A stretch of DNA of 43,724 nucleotides, counting the filler, from Catajapyx aquilonaris (lineage: Eukaryota), in NCBI GenBank assembly GCA_000934665.2. It is 2 parts of 2 records of this genome, joined end to end, with 100 filler letters (N's around TTAATTAATTAA, not from the genome) between each part and the next. Parts side by side here need not be neighbours in the genome. Positions count along the whole stretch, not along the records: positions 22,033 to 43,724 come from JYFJ02005997.1; 1 more part is not named here. One strand, given 5' to 3'. The first letter of the stretch is position 1. Every line of letters begins with the position of its first letter. The notes beneath the pieces are model-generated. The model saw only the letters and a list, made by a program, of their open reading frames with translations, ran no database searches and was not told where the DNA came from. This document shows, in pieces, positions 38,340 through 43,724 of this stretch. The position numbers and the translations under genes are program-made.

Positions 38340-39197
38340 TTGAGTGGGTGTTCCAAAAATGGAACACTAGGCAAAAACCAGTCCAAAGCCTAGTGTTCCA
38401 TTTTTGGAATGCCACATAAGCACCTGCAGCAGGTGTCACCTGCTCCTGAGATAAGAGACACAATTTTATACACTGTATACAATGTAGCAGTGGTTTTCGG
38501 TTGAATATCACACTGAATAAGAGCTATTCAGTGTGGTAATCAACAGAACACTTCACATGTAATGCAACATCACACTTTCCACACCGAAATGTGGTGTTCT
38601 TGTGACTCTCAGCACACCGTGTTTGTTTTCCCTGTTTTACAATCCCATGGTTGATGCCATGGTAGCTGGAATCAATGTTCTTCTTCTGTGATGGTCTTCC
38701 TCTGCGGCCTGGTGCTCCAGCATGACAATAGGTTTCCAGATAGTGGCACGCCACCCTTCGGCGAAACTCCAAAAAATCCATGGGCTTCGTCTCATAGGTT
38801 TTATGGAGCTGGCCATGGATTTTGCAACATCCGTTCGAAGCAAAAGAAAAGAGGGCTGGAGTACCACTTTTTCCCCCGGATCGAAGCCCGATACTTGTCA
38901 ATGTTTTCGTCAGCCCTATCTACTCCTCCCATGTAGTGGTTGTACACTTTTATCATGTTTGGCTGCTGAACTTGGATCTTCTTCAGTTTCTGGGAATAGC
39001 GATTCACAATACCCAGGGGATGGATACCAGCACCAGATGAGGCAACAGTGACAACACTATTGTCATGCCATCTGCACACAATATTCCCCTTGCCATCAAT
39101 TCGATGATCGAATGTGCCTCTGTCTTTTTTCTTTAAAGCTACATCTGATTCCAATGGTGCGTTGTCAATGCGATTCTTTCTCACAGTACCAGTTGCC
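38340..39197 (-). mobile_element. piggyBac transposon 3' part, PGBD3-like (C-terminal DDD region, Cys-rich domain, subterminal palindromes)
   Basis: GTVRKNR...RWHDNSVVTVAS...YNHYMGGVDRAD...RGKKWY, a frameshift, then CAESHKNTTFRCGKCDVALHVKCSVDYHTE*. Palindromes GTTCCAAAAATGGAAC (38350-38365) and GTTCCATTTTTGGAAT (38395-38410). No TTAA-bounded terminus seen. Confidence 0.9.
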
Positions 39198-39399
39198 TAA
39201 TATCATAATATATTCGGGCGCCCTTCCACATAAAGGGGGGAGAGAGAGCCGAGCGTGGAGAGGGATGTCAAAGCCATAGCACATTACGACATTGTTAAAT
39301 ATAAAATTGTACGCCCATCCGTAGCGGCACCCCCCTATAATAGGGGGACACGTCCTGATCTTGGGAGCATATCCTACGGACACAGGCAGGTGCCGTAGC

Positions 39400-39545
39400 A
39401 TCCGTTTTTGGATCGTACATGAGTGCCTCAAATCGCTCTAAGGGACTCGTTGACTCTTCTGAGACATGGGTAAGAGGATGGGATATTGCACTGAATGCAG
39501 AGGTCATTTCTGGGCGAGCCGTCCATATTCTTTTCCTAAGCAATT
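39400..39545 (-). pseudogene. Second, divergent Academ-like nuclease fragment
   Basis: WTARPEMTSAFSAISHP...EESTSPLERFEALMYD, the same region as the 37248/32468 junction but a different sequence. Confidence 0.6.
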
Positions 39546-40729
39546 GCAGAAAGATAACTCATCACATCAAGTGAAGCAGTGGAAGCCGCGCAGGATACTG
39601 TACTTCAGGTTTCCATCTGAAAGTATCCCCTCTACAAAGTGAAAGTGGTATATTTAATAACTGAAATGATACATATAGGTCTGTTACATGCAGGTTGTGG
39701 TGTATCCTGGAAGGTAGATTTTTATTTACAAATTAATTGAAAGTAAGTGATTAAGTGAAATTACTTACACGTCACATTTTGAAACCCACTTTTATTTCTT
39801 TCACATGATCATGTAGAGAACTCAGGAAGAGAGTTTCTTCTACTTTAACCAAGGGAGTAATAGCATGGGAGAAATACACTATTCATTTCAAGGTGCATGG
39901 GAAATACTGTACGTCATCTTCATCAGCTGCAACCCATGTCCTATATAGGGGCTATTAGGATTGGCAATTCATCCTCACACCCATAATACTTGTAACTAGC
40001 CGTGACAGGATAGGAGCGAGAATAATTCGTGCTCAGAGTGTGGTTTGTAGTGGCATATTGCTAATTCAGACTTTGCTTGATATACCTTCCCTTGATGACT
40101 CATCTTGTGATTCTTGATCTTATTCTCTGTGTATCTGGAAAGAGAGATTTCTCGACGAATTCAGACTTTCTGTTTATAAGAGCATTACTGCCCGCCTCTA
40201 CACACAATACACACTACGCATAGATACGTTCCTTCACTAACAACTGGTTTTTAGCACTGGTACATTGTTAGTCACATCTGATTACGGGGAATCAGTAAAT
40301 ACAAAATCTTCATGCATGAAGTCACTGTAATGTAAACTCATCCTTCTCTGGGTACCCCGTGCATTAACGTGGGAGCAACCAAGGTTGTGTTAATTCATGT
40401 TTACTCACTGGCCCCTCTGCCGCTGGAGGTTGCGGTGGAGCCTGTGACTGCAATGGAAGAAGGTAAATTTGATTAATGTTAAGTTACATGAATGGCCACA
40501 AAAGTATCACATCTGCAAGCCGCAGCTGACACTGCATGGGACGTTGCTATAAGTGGAGAATTTTTAATTTGGGCCCCTCTGAATATTTTCCTGTTCCTTA
40601 TTTTGCCTGCCGGCGCGCATTGGTCTCCTGCCGCATCGCACCTTCCCATATCAGATTATTTAAATTAAGTAATGAGAGATAACTGGGAATGAGTGTACGG
40701 GTATGTCAGGTATGGCCTGACATGACAAT

Positions 40730-40962
40730 TATCCACCCACAACAGATACAATTTTCAATTGCTTTTGACCTTCTCACGATATTACAGATAACACGACATT
40801 TCGTATCTTATGGTATGACAGTACATGACAATGCTTTATATCCAGGCAGTGTAGTTATGGTAGGTTATACAATGCAAACGTCAATTTCTGTGATTTAAAA
40901 AATGTCACCTCCAAATTCCTCAATTTCACTTATTCTGACTTCGTTTCATCGTAGTACAGGAT
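40730..40962. repeat. ~230-bp direct repeat, copy 1 (copy 2 at 41972-42209)
   Basis: Colinear, moderately diverged match, e.g. taacacgacatttcgtatcttatggtatg and gtttcatcgtagtacaggat. Confidence 0.85.
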
Positions 40963-40964
40963 CA

Positions 40965-41135
40965 GAGTCCGTGGATATGAGTGCCCAGAACCCAATAGTG
41001 GTAAATTTAGGGATAGAGGAACTGGTAGGGAGGACGTTTGCCACTCGTACAGGGACGATGCCAGGGTTAGAACCATCGGTAGGGTCGACCAGACATCGAG
41101 CAAGGAGAAAATTGAACTTGTCGGCATTCTCCAAA
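40965..41135 (-). pseudogene. Gypsy-type pol fragment (region after the protease)
   Basis: FLLARCLVDP...IVPVRVANV...IPKFTTIG resembles LVAR.LV...VPVRV.N...L.K.T.+G. Confidence 0.55.
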
Positions 41136-41136
41136 C

Positions 41137-41900
41137 ATGGTTGCCGAGGGCCGTGGGGCTGTTGCCCAAGGTCCGCTGCTGGAGAAGGCTGACCACGCCA
41201 CGGTCACAGGCATATTTGTGTGTGAGGACTGCTGGGAACCGGACCCTGAGGTCCTCGGGCACCTGGGCCATCACCCGGTCGTCCCAGGCCCTCAGCGTCA
41301 GGTTGCAGGAGTCGCATCTGTGGTAGTCCCCGACCAGATAATAGGTATCCCTAATGTCGAGGACTACCCTGACGTGGTTGTAGAGCCCCTTCAGCTGCAA
41401 CTCTCTCCGACACGGAGGGCACTGCAGGGGCAGGTCCCACATCCTCTTTGGTGCCCACAAGAACAGCCGCCGCCTGAAGTACGCCGCTGGGATGGGAATG
41501 CCGACGACTCGGGGCTCCGGCGGGTGGTACCAGTTGACAAGGTTGTCCACCAATTTCCCCTTGCCTCGGTAGAGGAGAGCCCCATAATACTCCCGGTCCT
41601 CCTCAGGCATTCCCTTGTCCCAGCCTTCTGGCACGAACTCGGCGGCGGACTGCCTTGGAGGAGGCGCCATCAGGACACCCGGGCCCGAGACAGACCCAGT
41701 GTGACGTGGAGGAGGATGAGGAGCGGCAGCAGCATCCATCTGGCACGGAGGCACCCCCACGTGCCAGGTGTTTTGGGCAGGCCCGGATCTTTTCCAGCTC
41801 CCTCCTCTGAGGCGTGTTCCTCCCTGGCCACTCGCCCTGGCCAAATCGGGCTCCATGGGCATAGGCCCTCAGACGGTCCCGCCACTGCTCTTATTGATTT
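41137..41900 (-). pseudogene. DUF6729 domain fragment (copy 2, longer)
   Basis: As copy 1, plus YACDRGVVSLLQQRTLGNSPTAL. About 5 substitutions versus copy 1 over ~535 bp by eye. Confidence 0.82.
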
Positions 41901-41971
41901 TAACTTTTGCTGGAACAGACGATACACTGACCATGTTAACTTTTTTCACAAATAAAAGTCCATCCACCATA

Positions 41972-42209
41972 TATCCACCCATAACAGAGAAAATTTTCAA
42001 TTGCTTTTGACCTTATCAACATATTACGGATAACACGACATTTCGTATCTTATGGTATGGCAGTACATGACAATGCTTTATATCCGGGCAGTGTAGATAA
42101 TTATGGTAGGTTATACAATTCAAACATCAAATTATGTGATTTAAAAAAAAGTCTCCTCCAAATTCCTCAGTTTAACTTATTCTGTCTTTGTTTCATCGTA
42201 GTACAGGAT
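41972..42209. repeat. ~230-bp direct repeat, copy 2
   Basis: Matches 40730-40962. Confidence 0.85.
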
Positions 42210-42917
42210 ATGCCTGTAACCTGTTCCTCTAAGTACAACTTTCATGATTGTGTTCGTTGTGCGTGCATAGTAGGTGATTGATCCAGGATAGTATGCGATA
42301 GGAGGATTTGCAGCATATGGGGCAATACAATTAATGTAACTGCATATGAATCGGAGGAGGGTCCCCTGTGTTGATGACGTGAGGAACCCTCTCCGAACGA
42401 ACGACCCAAATCAAGGGACGAGTTACTGTCAAACCCATCGTCCATTCTCCTTCATATCAACCACTAACCATTTGTTTATTGACTATGCCAAGTCCCCCAC
42501 AATATACACACCTGCTTGGAACAACGCTTGGAGAACGTATACTTACATAATTATCCTTTTTCGGTATGCTCATTTCGTAGCCTTGGGAAGGCCTCTATTA
42601 TGCTTTGAGCCATCCCTTTTCCTCCACTGATGGCTCATTAATCCTTTAACACAAGAAAACACTGTACAACCGTTGCAATGCAAGAAAATAAGCCAAACTA
42701 CAAGTAGATGTGTGTTTACACACCACTTGCAGACATGAACATAATTGACATATGAAAGTTTATATAAATATAACAAGTCACTACATGCGTACATACTAAA
42801 TTGCATGAGCAAGGAGATATTTTCCGAGCGTTCTCATAATCATCATTTTGTAAACATTGTTTATTCAGGTGTGTAGACTACTTACTCTCCAAGATCATTA
42901 AAACAATAACCTCCTAA

Positions 42918-42988
42918 AGGTGTATTCACAAAGCAGCTGAAAATGACTCAGCCTCTGAGTCATTTTGCGCTGCTTTGTGAATACACCT
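42918..42988. mobile_element. PIF/Harbinger-type mini-MITE
   Basis: TAA|AGGTGTATTCACAAAGCAGC...GCTGCTTTGTGAATACACCT|TAA, a 71-bp hairpin. Confidence 0.75.
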
Positions 42989-43459
42989 TAATGCACCACT
43001 CCTGAATCAAAAGGCAGGCAGGCAGCAATATCAGCAGACATTTGACCTAACTGCGGAGCTGTATTGGTGGTCACATAGACCAAGTCCCCAAAAAATGAAA
43101 AAGGAAGAAAGCAAAACTGGCAACAAAAGCAAATCCAGTATGTTCAAACTTGAAATATTTCTGACTACGTGTGTCATTACTGAACACAGTTAAATTTCCT
43201 AATGAAGCGAGCAGGAACTGCCACAGACAATGTCACAATAAATCAATTCAATTTATTTTATTTTATTTTATATACCCCGTGATGCAACCCTGGGCCGCTT
43301 TAGGGGGGTGGCAGACCACCATACAGTGTTCTAATTATTATTTTTCTTCGATCACCGGTGCAAGGAATACTAGGAAATTGGGTAAGGGGGGGGGGGGGAT
43401 TTGGGGAGGGGACGCATGTGCAGGTGCATTGTCCAACGGTGGGCCAGGTGCAGTTCCCG

Positions 43460-43724
43460 GGGGGTGATGAGCGCCTGATGGCCAAGTTGCTCCGGGAGAA
43501 GAAGAGGGCTCGCAACACTTTTAAGTACAAGTTGCGGGAGCATAAGGTGGAGAGTTGGCGTAAGTACTGTGAGCGTCACTCCGAGGAGGATCCTTTTTCT
43601 TTGCCATACCGGATCTTGAAGGGCGGTGTTGGGAGGAAGGTTGAGGTGTGGAATGGGGATGGAGTTGGTGGGCTGACACACGAGGAACATCGCGCGCAGT
43701 TGCGGGCGAAATACTTTCCCTCAG
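43460..43724 (+). mobile_element. Non-LTR retrotransposon ORF2 fragment (EN-RT linker, R1-like), runs off the window
   Basis: KKRARNTFKYKLREHKVESWRKYCE...DPFSLPYRIL...KYFP matches the K..SW+.+C...DP+..PY+ linker motif. Confidence 0.6.

Noticed and set aside
40930..41862. 310-aa ORF as an intact gene
   Set aside because: It reads through the junction into out-of-frame Gypsy-like sequence and the direct repeat, so it is a chance chimera.
41137..41955. 272-aa plus-strand ORF (and 29514-30131, 24285-24872)
   Set aside because: Antisense shadows of GC-rich DUF6729 coding sequence, with no recognisable motifs.

Overview
Eukaryotic, probably invertebrate, genomic DNA in two segments joined by a 100-bp spacer (44 N + TTAATTAATTAA + 44 N, 21933-22032) that looks artificial. 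Left segment (1-21932): the last exon of an FN3-domain, probably GPI-anchored surface protein (+) converges on a spliced C2H2 zinc-finger gene (-). The long introns of that gene hold MITEs, minisatellites, an LTR-like element and Helitron-like repeats. Right segment (22033-43724): no recognisable host gene. It is a dense patchwork of short (about 100-1100 bp), mostly terminus-less coding fragments from many unrelated mobile-element families: EnSpm-like, Maverick pPolB, DUF6729, mariner, hAT, tyrosine recombinase, NOF/MULE-like, Academ-like, piggyBac and Gypsy. One full-length LINE with a target-site duplication sits among them. Every fragment I could assign between 22033 and about 43250 is on the minus strand, and several blocks are duplicated. 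This looks like a unistrand piRNA-cluster-type transposon archive. One fragment appears very close to primate PGBD3. Family assignments come from motif recognition by eye, not database searches.
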